A DNA stretch of 8,472 bases from a virus (Duplodnaviria > Heunggongvirae > Uroviricota > Caudoviricetes), in the IMG/VR virus record IMGVR_UViG_2579778919_000012. The stretch is one strand, 5' to 3'. The position numbers were made by a program, and so were the translations under genes. Of the stretch, positions 1 through 7,800 are shown piece by piece. How positions within the stretch are numbered: the stretch's first letter is position 1; each line of letters starts with the position of its first letter. The notes under the pieces were generated by a model. The model was not told where the DNA came from. It ran no database searches and saw only the letters and a program-made list of their open reading frames with translations.

Positions 1-648
1 TTACTTCCATCCACACGCTTTTTGAAGTGGCTTCAATGCCTCTGACAGACCAGCAACATCAAATGTCGCACTCACGGGACTTTCATTGTAAGGCGTGATC
101 TGAGTAAACATTGAGTTAGCCTGGCTCAGCGCCTTGACGAACTCGATGACATTGCCACGATAAAATACCGATTTGGTATCGCTAGATATGTCCCATGTTT
201 TCGTTTTTGCCTTCTGTTTATCCAAGCGAGATAACATCTGTGTTTCGTTCAACCCAAGATAGGTATCCCAATTGAGGAAAAGTTCTGTTTTTTTCTCGCG
301 GCAAGTGATGTAAAGACTTGGTGTGATCGATTCCCCAAACTGCGACCGGAAAGAATCATTAGCAGAAAGGCTAACATAAACATTCTCTGAATCATCCACG
401 GGTGAAGTTTTCGTGGATACCTGCCATTTTCCAACACCTACTACTGGCTTAGCCTCTTCGGCTACTTTCGGTGGAAGAACCTTATCGTAACAAGCTAAAC
501 GCGCATCACTTTTTGCCTCGGATTGGCATTTCATTAATGCGTCATTGTTAATATCGGCTTTAACTGGTTCTACCGCATACGCTGTTGATACAGCAGAAGA
601 GCAAAGCGCCATAGCAATGATTATCTTTTTCATACCATTACCTTTCAT
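1..648 (-). CDS. Hypothetical secreted/periplasmic protein (cleavable Sec signal peptide, cysteine-containing mature domain); family not recognised
   Basis: 215-aa ORF. N-terminus MKGNGMKKIIIAMALCSSAVSTAYA-VEP has a hydrophobic core and an AYA cleavage motif; no canonical lipobox. The true start may be the internal ATG at 633 (MKKIII...), which is preceded by AAGG about 7 nt upstream. The annotated ATG at 648 overlaps the upstream gene's stop as ATGA. GC is roughly 43-46% by eye, against 55-62% in the tail genes. Confidence 0.55.
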   Translation of the reverse strand: MKGNGMKKIIIAMALCSSAVSTAYAVEPVKADINNDALMKCQSEAKSDARLACYDKVLPPKVAEEAKPVVGVGKWQVSTKTSPVDDSENVYVSLSANDSFRSQFGESITPSLYITCREKKTELFLNWDTYLGLNETQMLSRLDKQKAKTKTWDISSDTKSVFYRGNVIEFVKALSQANSMFTQITPYNESPVSATFDVAGLSEALKPLQKACGWK

Positions 649-998
649 GATTTCGGGCGAGTAAAGAAAACAAACATTCCGATAATGATATCGCCAATAA
701 CCCAGATGGTTCCCAGCATCATCATCCCCAGCCCCGTACCAATTGCGGCTCCGGCCCGTTCTGCGTCTGAGGCTGCGTTATTGATAACGTCACTACTGCC
801 GCCAGCCCCGGCAAAAATGCAATAGATCATAAAGATGTTAAACAGGATAAATATCCACTTAACGATCTTGCCAAAAAATGAGCGCTTCGGCTTTCTGACC
901 TGATGGCCGCAAGACGGACATTTAAACGCTGAATCACTAATTTCTTTACTGCATTCCGGGCAGTTTACTAATGCCATTTTCCTAGACTCCATAGACAT
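645..998 (-). CDS. Small membrane protein with N-terminal zinc-ribbon (CPEC-x12-CPSC) and two predicted transmembrane helices; function unknown
   Basis: 117-aa ORF. The CxxC...CxxC motif is followed by a basic stretch (RKPKRSFFGK) and two hydrophobic segments (IVKWIFILFNIFMIYCIFAGAGG and MMMLGTIWVIGDIIIGMFVFFT). An alternative start at 977 (MALVNCPEC...) has a better GGAG/AGGA Shine-Dalgarno. The stop overlaps the downstream ORF start (ATGA), suggesting translational coupling. Confidence 0.55.
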   Translation of the reverse strand: MSMESRKMALVNCPECSKEISDSAFKCPSCGHQVRKPKRSFFGKIVKWIFILFNIFMIYCIFAGAGGSSDVINNAASDAERAGAAIGTGLGMMMLGTIWVIGDIIIGMFVFFTRPKS

Positions 999-1040
999 GG
1001 TTACATAACCGCCATAAAGCCTATCAGTTGATTTTGTTTG

Positions 1041-1075
1041 AATAAATAAAAATTAACCCGCCATATAGGCGGGTT
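1041..1075 (-). terminator. Rho-independent terminator downstream of ogr (possibly bidirectional)
   Basis: An 8-bp GC-rich stem (1055-1062 aacccgcc pairing with 1068-1075 ggcgggtt) with a 5-nt loop. On the - strand it is followed by the T-rich tract AATTTTTATTTATT (1054..1041). It lies 3 nt after the ogr stop codon. On the + strand the same hairpin is followed by ATTTT. Confidence 0.6.
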
Positions 1076-1078
1076 ATT

Positions 1079-1321
1079 TTAGAGTGCCAGCGATAACTGA
1101 TCTTCGCCGTGGTGACTTCGTGGAAAAGCTTCTTGTGGCACCATCGCGCCGGGCGCTGGCTGGGTCTGGTTTAGTGAACCGTCTATTTCCGTCATGCTGG
1201 TGAAACAGTACCCGCACAACATATTTTGACACTGGTGATAGCTGCGTCGTACAAGCAAACTCAGCTCAACGCTGGTTCTGGTTTTTGCTATTGCACGGCA
1301 GCGAGGACAGCGCATTGCCAT
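1079..1321 (-). CDS. ogr: Ogr/Delta-family zinc-finger late transcription activator
   Basis: 80-aa ORF with Cys spacing C5-x2-C8-x22-C31-x4-C36 and the motif YHQCQN-x2-C, matching the P2 Ogr zinc finger as I recall it. Strong RBS AAGGAGG 8 nt upstream of the ATG. Sits immediately downstream of gene D, as in P2. Confidence 0.88.
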   Translation of the reverse strand: MAMRCPRCRAIAKTRTSVELSLLVRRSYHQCQNMLCGYCFTSMTEIDGSLNQTQPAPGAMVPQEAFPRSHHGEDQLSLAL

Positions 1322-1369
1322 ACGCGGGCCTCCTTTCAGGACTGGTTAATATCAACGCAAGTATAACGC

Positions 1370-2488
1370 TTAAGACGTTGAATCGTCACTCTCCGCTGTC
1401 CAGTCGTCGATTTTTACTTCCAGTTCCAGCGACGTGGTAAACCCTCCCCCGCCAATATCGTGAACGCACCGCGTTATCGTCCAGTTCCCACTGTCGATCG
1501 TGGACTTAAAGCCGTAGACGCTGGCGGGCTGTTCCGGGTACAAATCTGCGCGGCCACGCGCCAGGGTGATGCTGAACGTAGCCGCACCGCGCTGCAACTC
1601 CCGCCACTTAGCCGCAGCGGCACGCTTCGCCGCCTTTTCCGTCTTGAAGGTTTTACGTATAACAAAAACGTTACCTTCGGCCCCGGCCAGATAATCACCC
1701 TCTTTTTTGCTGGATGCAGGCTCTTTCTTTTTGGCCTGGCTGGTTCGTCGCCTGCGGGTTGTTTTCTTCACGGTAGTGGATGGTTTCTTGCCAAAGTTGA
1801 GATCAAGCCAGTATGCAGTTACGCCCGTGTACGCGTCGCGGTCAGCTACGTTAAAGCTATGTTTATCACCGCTTGACCGGACTATCTCGATCACCGGCAG
1901 CGGCTTGCCGCTCTGCGTCACTCCTTTGCCCGGCGTGATAAACAGAAGCATACCGTTTTTAATGGTTGCCACCGCGCCCAGCATTTCGGCCATGCGCGTT
2001 AAGAAGCTGATATCTGATTCACTCGTCTGATCGGCGTGGTCTATCTCAATCTTCGCCAGTTCTTCGCTGACACCCGCACGCAGATCGTAGCGACTGGCAA
2101 TGCTGGCGACCACATCCCCCACGGTAATATCGTGCCAGCTATATTCCCTTTTCACGTTGAAGGTATCGCGGAAATCTGCGCTTCTGGCACTGATCGTTAG
2201 CTGGTCAGGCGGGCCTGAATGACCTATCTCATCAACCGTATACACGCCCTTAAAAACCAATGGATCATTATCCCAGCCCAGCGCCACCGATATCTTTGCG
2301 CCGCGTGGTGGTAATGCTACCTGCCCGTCTGCATCATCCAGAGTCAGATCCAGCGTGTCCGCTTCAAATCCCCGGTTATCTGTCAGGGAAAGAGAGATCA
2401 ACCGGTTATCCAGCGCCGTAAGCTGATTACCTTCAATTTCAATACTGAACGCCGGGCGCGGCGAATATCGGTTTTCTGTCGTGTCCAT
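1370..2488 (-). CDS. D: Late control gene D protein (P2 gpD family; baseplate hub, VgrG/gp27-like)
   Basis: 372-aa ORF, close to the ~387 aa of P2 gpD, lying directly upstream of ogr on the same strand. RBS GAAGGGG 5 nt before the ATG. Contains an internal Lys/Arg-rich linker. Family call is from recalled similarity and synteny, not a search. Confidence 0.8.
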   Translation of the reverse strand: MDTTENRYSPRPAFSIEIEGNQLTALDNRLISLSLTDNRGFEADTLDLTLDDADGQVALPPRGAKISVALGWDNDPLVFKGVYTVDEIGHSGPPDQLTISARSADFRDTFNVKREYSWHDITVGDVVASIASRYDLRAGVSEELAKIEIDHADQTSESDISFLTRMAEMLGAVATIKNGMLLFITPGKGVTQSGKPLPVIEIVRSSGDKHSFNVADRDAYTGVTAYWLDLNFGKKPSTTVKKTTRRRRTSQAKKKEPASSKKEGDYLAGAEGNVFVIRKTFKTEKAAKRAAAAKWRELQRGAATFSITLARGRADLYPEQPASVYGFKSTIDSGNWTITRCVHDIGGGGFTTSLELEVKIDDWTAESDDSTS

Positions 2489-2554
2489 ATCAACCCCTTC
2501 ATCATGATGGGGTACATCGTCGCCACGCGCGCGCGCATGAACAACGCCCCGTCA

Positions 2555-2574
2555 TTGTTGCAGGTTGCTGACAA
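2555..2574. promoter_or_regulatory. Ogr-type late promoter activator site (TGT-N12-ACA dyad) in the divergent D/FI intergenic region
   Basis: Exact TTGT-N12-ACAA inverted repeat (tgt 2556-2558, aca 2571-2573), centred at 2564.5. That is about 81 bp upstream of the FI ATG and about 76 bp upstream of the D ATG. P2/P4 late promoters carry TGT-N12-ACA centred near -55. A weak -10-like GATATT lies at 2611-2616 for the + strand. Confidence 0.6.
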
Positions 2575-2645
2575 CCCTTATTCATCGCATCAGCCTGCCA
2601 TTGCCGCAATGATATTCGCAGTCATTAAACTGGCGAGGCAAATAC

Positions 2646-3839
2646 ATGGCCACTAACTACCATCACGGTGTAACCGTCACGGAAACCACCGACCTTAGCA
2701 CGATGATCACCGACATTGATTCGGCGGTGATCGGCGTTGTCTGCACCGCTGATGATGCGGACGAAACAGCGTTCCCGCTGGATACCCCTGTACTGATCAC
2801 CCGCGTGGCTAACATGCTGGGCAAGGCAGGTAAAACCGGCACCCTGTTTACCACCTTGAAAGCGATTTCAGACCAGACCAGCCCGCAAACCATTGTGATC
2901 CGCGTTGCTGATGCTGCAAATATCGAACCGCCAGAAGGCGGCACCGCACAGACACAGGATCAACTGGTTATTGGCGGCACCGATGCAAACGGACGCTTTA
3001 CCGGCATGTACGCGCTGCTGTCTGCCGAAATGCGCGTAGGCGTGCGCCCGCGTGTGCTGGCTGTTCCCGGTCTTGATACGGAAGCGGTGGCCGCACAACT
3101 CGGCGTCATTGCCGAAAAGCTGCGCGCGTTTGCTTACGTGGCAGCGAACGGCTGCAACAGCATCGCCGAAGTGAAGGAATACCGCGAACAGTTCTCCCAG
3201 CGTGAAATGATGGTTATCTGGCCTAATTTCATCTGCTACGACACCAACGCCGGAGCGAATGCCACCGTGCCCGTGGGTGCCCATGCGGTTGGGATGCGCG
3301 CCAAAATCGACGCAACGCAGGGCTGGCATAAAACCATTTCCAACGTGCCCGTTAATAACGTGCTGGGGATGGATCGGGATATCTATTTCACGTTGCAGGG
3401 CACCGATACCGACGCCGACGAACTGAACGCAGCAGGCGTTACCACGCTGATCAAGCAGGACGGCTACCGCATCTGGGGATCGCGTACCTGCGACGCGGAA
3501 ACGTATATCTTCGAAAGCTATACCCGAACCGCGCAGATCGTTGCGGATACCGTCGCCGAAGCACATTTCGCCTATGTTGATAAACCGCTTACCCCGTCGC
3601 TGGTAAAGGACATTGTGGACGGCATCAATAAGAAGCTGACCTCATATGTGACGGCTGGCAAGCTGCTGGGCGCCCGCTGCTGGTATGACCCGGAACCGAA
3701 TACCTCGGAAACCCTGCGCAATGGTCAACTGACCATTAAGTACAACTACACCCCTGTTCCACCGCTGGAAAATCTCAGCCTGGTACAGGAGTTCACCGAC
3801 GAATATTTCGCTACGTTTTCCAGCGCAGTGAATAACTAA
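2646..3839 (+). CDS. FI: Contractile tail sheath protein (P2 gpFI family)
   Basis: 397-aa ORF (P2 FI is ~396 aa). N-terminus MATNYHHGVTV resembles P2 FI (MSDYHHGVQV) as recalled, with conserved-looking blocks such as LRAFAY, WHKT and YTPVPPLENL. RBS GAGG 7 nt upstream. Followed by the tube gene. Confidence 0.9.
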   Translation: MATNYHHGVTVTETTDLSTMITDIDSAVIGVVCTADDADETAFPLDTPVLITRVANMLGKAGKTGTLFTTLKAISDQTSPQTIVIRVADAANIEPPEGGTAQTQDQLVIGGTDANGRFTGMYALLSAEMRVGVRPRVLAVPGLDTEAVAAQLGVIAEKLRAFAYVAANGCNSIAEVKEYREQFSQREMMVIWPNFICYDTNAGANATVPVGAHAVGMRAKIDATQGWHKTISNVPVNNVLGMDRDIYFTLQGTDTDADELNAAGVTTLIKQDGYRIWGSRTCDAETYIFESYTRTAQIVADTVAEAHFAYVDKPLTPSLVKDIVDGINKKLTSYVTAGKLLGARCWYDPEPNTSETLRNGQLTIKYNYTPVPPLENLSLVQEFTDEYFATFSSAVNN

Positions 3840-3851
3840 CCGGGGGCGCTT

Positions 3852-4367
3852 ATGGCACTGCCTAAGAAACTCAAATATTTCAATATGTTCTTTGACGGGG
3901 ATAACTACTTCGGCATGGTGCCGGAAATCACCCCCGCCAAACTCACCAAAAAAACCGAAGACTACCAAGCGGGCGGTATGCCGGGTTCGGTTGCGGTGGA
4001 TCTGGGCTTCGACGCTGGCGCCCTGGATATGGATATCACGCTGGGCGGCATGGATGCAGGGCTAATGAAAAAATGGGGCGTTACCACTGCGGACGGAATG
4101 CAGGTGCGCTTTGCTGGCTCTTACCAGGACGATGCGACCGGCGACGCCGTACCGTGCGAAATCCAGACGCGTGGCCGCTTCACTGAACTGGATCCCGGTT
4201 CGGCAAAGGTTGGGGATGATACTTCGCATAAGTACACCCTGAAAAACACCTATTACAAGCTGACCATCAATAGCGAAGAAATTATCGAAATTGATGTGCT
4301 CAACATGATCTACAAAGTTGCCGGTGTGGATGTGCTGGAAAAACACCGCGCTAACATCGGCTTATAA
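3852..4367 (+). CDS. FII: Tail tube protein (P2 gpFII family)
   Basis: 171-aa ORF (P2 FII is ~172 aa). Begins MALPKKLK and ends HRANIGL, resembling P2 FII as recalled. Sits immediately after the sheath gene, separated by 12 bp. Confidence 0.88.
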   Translation: MALPKKLKYFNMFFDGDNYFGMVPEITPAKLTKKTEDYQAGGMPGSVAVDLGFDAGALDMDITLGGMDAGLMKKWGVTTADGMQVRFAGSYQDDATGDAVPCEIQTRGRFTELDPGSAKVGDDTSHKYTLKNTYYKLTINSEEIIEIDVLNMIYKVAGVDVLEKHRANIGL

Positions 4368-4381
4368 GGAAACCCGGCACC

Positions 4382-4717
4382 ATGAGCAAGACCAAAGAAA
4401 ACACCGTTATTCTTACCGCCCCTATTACGCGCGGTAAGACCAAAATCACCGAAGTGGCGATCACTTCCGTGCTTAAACAGGCTGGATCACTGCGCGGCTT
4501 AAAAGCCTATGACGTGCTGACGTCCAACTATGACGCGCTGGTTATTCTGCTGCCCCGCGTTACCGCTCCGGCATTAACCGCCGATGAGATTGCCCGAATG
4601 GATACCTGGGATTTTTGCCAGTTAGCCAACGCGGTGGTTGATTTTTTGCAACCCTCTTCGGATCTGACCGCGACGGATACGGGCAACGAATCATCCGATG
4701 CCCCTGCGAACGCATAG
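4382..4717 (+). CDS. E: Tail assembly chaperone gpE (zero-frame product)
   Basis: 111-aa ORF between the tube and tape measure genes. RBS AAGGAAAC upstream. Contains the slippery heptamer T_TTT_TTG at 4642-4648 in the frame expected for a -1 shift. Confidence 0.8.
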   Translation: MSKTKENTVILTAPITRGKTKITEVAITSVLKQAGSLRGLKAYDVLTSNYDALVILLPRVTAPALTADEIARMDTWDFCQLANAVVDFLQPSSDLTATDTGNESSDAPANA

Positions 4718-4842
4718 AAGACCTGATGGCAGATATCGCCGTCATATTCCACTGGCGGCCGGTAGAGATGGACGCCATGACGGTACAGGAAATACTGTTA
4801 TGGCGTGATCAGGCGGCTGCGCGCAGTGGTGGAGATCACTAA
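4382..4842 (+). CDS. E': Tail assembly chaperone gpE+E' (-1 frameshift fusion product, about 153 aa)
   Basis: E residues 1-89 followed by 64 codons in the -1 frame (ATLFGSDRDGYGQRIIRCPCERIEDLMADIAVIFHWRPVEMDAMTVQEILLWRDQAAARSGGDH). I translated this by hand and found no stop. The fusion stop TAA (4840-4842) abuts the T start codon at 4843. Confidence 0.6.
4642..4648 (+). other. Programmed -1 ribosomal frameshift slippery site (TTTTTTG) for gpE to gpE+E'
   Basis: The heptamer T TTT TTG is in the X_XXY_YYZ register of the E frame (codons TTT 4643-4645, TTG 4646-4648). The -1 frame is open from 4648 to a TAA at 4840-4842. The same heptamer is used in P2 E/E'. Confidence 0.65.
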
Positions 4843-7800
4843 ATGGCAGACCGCAATTTAAATATCAGGGTGGCATTCAGCGCCCTGAATAATATGTCCC
4901 GCCCTGTCAACGCGGCGCGCCAGAGTGCCGCCGCGTTGGCGTCTCAAATCAATCAGACCAAAACCAGCATTAAAGGGCTTGAGCGTCAGGCAACCAGCTT
5001 TGACCGCCTCACCGCAGCCAATAAAAAAACCACCGAACAACTGGCCCAGGCGAAAGAACAGGCCCGGCAAATGGCGGCGGCTTATGGCCCGTTACGCCAG
5101 CGCAGCGCCGAACAGGTTGCCGCCCTCAATCAGCAACGTGCAGCCATTCGCCAGTTAACCCAGCAGCAGAAAGGCGAGCAGACGCAGCTTAACCAGTTGC
5201 GCGCCAGCTTCTACAGCGAAGGCATTGCGATCAGCAGCGCCAGCCGGGCGACGGAACAGATCAACCAGCGCACCGCGCAATACAACCGCCAGCTTGCCGA
5301 ACAGCAGCGACGGCTTGACGCTGTTAACCAGGCGCAGGCCCGTTACAGCCGCGCCAAAGAAACCGGCGAAAAGATGATGAGCGGGGGGATGAAAACCGCC
5401 GCAGTAGGGGCGGCAACCCTCGCACCTGTCGCCGCTGCGGTTAAATCATACAGCAGCCTTGAAGACGCCATGAAAGGCGTAGCCAAACAGGTAAACGGCT
5501 TGCGTGACGACAGCGGCAACCGCACCCCGCAGTATGAAGAAATGCAGCGGGCGATCATGGATGCCAGCGAAAAGCTACCAATGGCTAACGGCGCTGTTGA
5601 CTATGCCGCCCTGGTCGAAGGTGGCGCGCGCATGGGCGTGGCAAACAGCGATGATCCGTGGGAAAAACAAAAAGCCGATCTGCTGGCTTTCGCCAGCATG
5701 GCGGCAAAAGCTTCGGTAGCCTTTGAACTGCCCGCCGATCAGCTTTCTGAAAGCCTCGGTAAGATTGCCGGGCTGTATAAAATCCCTACCCAGAATATTG
5801 AACAGTTAGGCGACGCCATAAACTACCTGGACGATAACGCGAAGTCGAAAGGCTCCGATATTATCGACGTGCTCCAGCGCGTTGGCGGACTTGCCAGCCA
5901 ACTGGATTACAAGCAAGCCGCCGCGCTGGGTTCCACCTTCCTGACGCTTGGATCACCTGCCGAAGTTGCCGCCAGCGCAACCAATGCAATGGTGCGCGAA
6001 CTATCGATCGCCACAGTACAAAGCGATAAATTTTTGGGTGCGCTGGATGAAATCGGCATCAATGCTGAAAAAGTCCAGAAAAGCATGTCAGTGGACGCGA
6101 TGGGCACGATCATTTCAGTGCTGGAAGCGTCCAAAAAACTTGCACCAGATAAGCAGGTAGCCAACCTTACTCAGATTTTCGGTAAAGAGTTCGGCGATGA
6201 TGCGCAGAAACTTGCGAACAACCTGCCCGAACTACGCCGCCAGATAGAACTGACGCAGGGCGCAGCCGCTAAAGGTTCCATGAATCGGGAATCTGATATC
6301 AATAAAGCGTCCCTTTCAGCTCAGTGGCAACTGACCAAAACCGGCGCGGTTAACGCATTGAGTTCAGCAGGGGAAACGCTCCGCGAACCGCTGATGGATA
6401 TCATGCTTACCGTCAGTAAGGTGGTTGGCAGCGTCCGCCGCTGTGTTGAGGCAAACCCGGCTCTGGTTGGCTCAATCATGAAAGTCACCGCAGCCATAGG
6501 CGCGTTGCTGGTTGTCGTGGGTGGCCTGATGCTGACCATCGGCGCAGTGCTCGGCCCGATGGCACTTGTTCGCCTCAGCTTCACCACGCTGGCTGGCTCC
6601 GGTGGGGTAACTCCCCTCATAGGCTCGCTGGGAAAATTATCCAGCACATTACGCGGGCTGATCCCCTCACTATCTGGCGTGGGCCGAAGTATTAAAGACT
6701 GGCCTGCCCTCTTCCGATCTGCTGCGTCTGGCATTACCCAATTTAGTAAACAAGCTATTGGCGGGTTAAACACAGCGTTAATGGCACTTTCACGCGGTGC
6801 TGTTGCTGCCGGACAGGGGCTATTTACCCTATTCACAAGGCCTATGACGGCTATAACCTGGCTTGGTAATGGCCTCAGAACTCTGGCGACCTCCGGTTTC
6901 GGCGCTTTGCTGAACGTTGGACGCACCGTAATGATGGCGTTGGGTGGCGGGTTATCATTACTTCTTAGCCCTATTGGAATACTGGTAATCGCTTTATCAG
7001 CAGCAGCGATCGCCGTTATTAAATTCTGGGAACCTATAAAAGCCTTTTTCACTGGCTTTTACACCGGGTTAATGAGTGGCTTACAGCCTTTAACCTCAGC
7101 ATTTAGTACAGCCTTTGCACCACTAGCCCCACTCTTTGACTCTATCGGTAATGCTGTCGGTGGCGTCTGGGAGTGGTTCACAAAACTATTCGAACCTATC
7201 CAGTTCTCCAGCGAAGCGCTAGCCTCCTGCACCAGTGCCGGGGAAACGTTCGGTAAGGTTGTAGGTAACGCTCTATCTGCATTAACACCAATAATCGAAG
7301 GAATAGCGCGCGGTATAGGATGGGTACTGGAAAAACTCGGCGCCATCCCCGACGCAACAAAAGCAGCGCAGCAAGCTGCGGAAAGTATGCACAAAGACCC
7401 TGTTGTCTGGGAGTGGGATCCGCAGCAAAAGAAAATGGTTAAAAAGGGTTGGAACTGGTCGCCGAAAGACGATCAGCAGAAGAAAACCAACCAGAAGCAA
7501 CAGCAGGCCATTGACCAGCAGAAAAAGCAGGAAAGCTTAATTAACTCGCTCAAGGGCCCGGCCAACATCGTGCCGAAGATGAGCAGCAGCCTGGATAAGA
7601 TCGCCACCAATACCACGGAGAAGAAAGACGGCCCCGGCGAAATTGTCTTCAAGAATAAGCAGCCCTATATCCCGATCCGTGGTGGATATTCGGAACCGCT
7701 TAAGCAGGTGCAGCGCCAACTACCATCCCTTACCGATTGGGTGACGCAGCAGGCCGGATCGCTGATCGCTTCCGTTACGCCTTGGCAGGTTGAGAAGCCC

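Noticed and set aside
249-437. 62-aa - strand ORF nested in the secreted-protein gene
   Set aside because: An alternative frame inside a longer, better-supported ORF, with no independent evidence.
999-1078. Possible attachment-site core or tRNA fragment marking the prophage end
   Set aside because: No tRNA-like sequence or recognisable att core is visible. The interval is largely explained by the ogr terminator. It cannot be resolved without comparison to an empty site.
1460-2030. + strand ORFs of 138 aa and 107 aa, and a 74-aa - strand ORF, overlapping gene D
   Set aside because: They overlap the gpD coding region in other frames or antisense. The translations are Arg/Leu-rich and low-complexity, and none has a convincing RBS.
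2541-2558. ACA-N12-TGT inverted repeat next to the TGT-N12-ACA dyad
   Set aside because: The half-site orientation is opposite to the Ogr consensus on both strands. It is probably part of the overlapping AACAA/TTGTT symmetry rather than a second activator site.
2868-3566. 232-aa ORF on the - strand inside FI
   Set aside because: Lies entirely antisense to the well-supported sheath gene. Its Gly/Arg/His-rich, low-complexity translation is typical of spurious antisense ORFs in GC-rich coding DNA.
4528-5158. Short ORFs of 70-77 aa on both strands overlapping E and the 5' end of T
   Set aside because: The region is accounted for by E, the E' frameshift extension and T. These ORFs are out of frame or antisense.
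6321-7052. 243-aa ORF on the - strand inside T
   Set aside because: Antisense to the tape measure gene, with no start context or recognisable features. Treated as an artefact of the open antisense frame.
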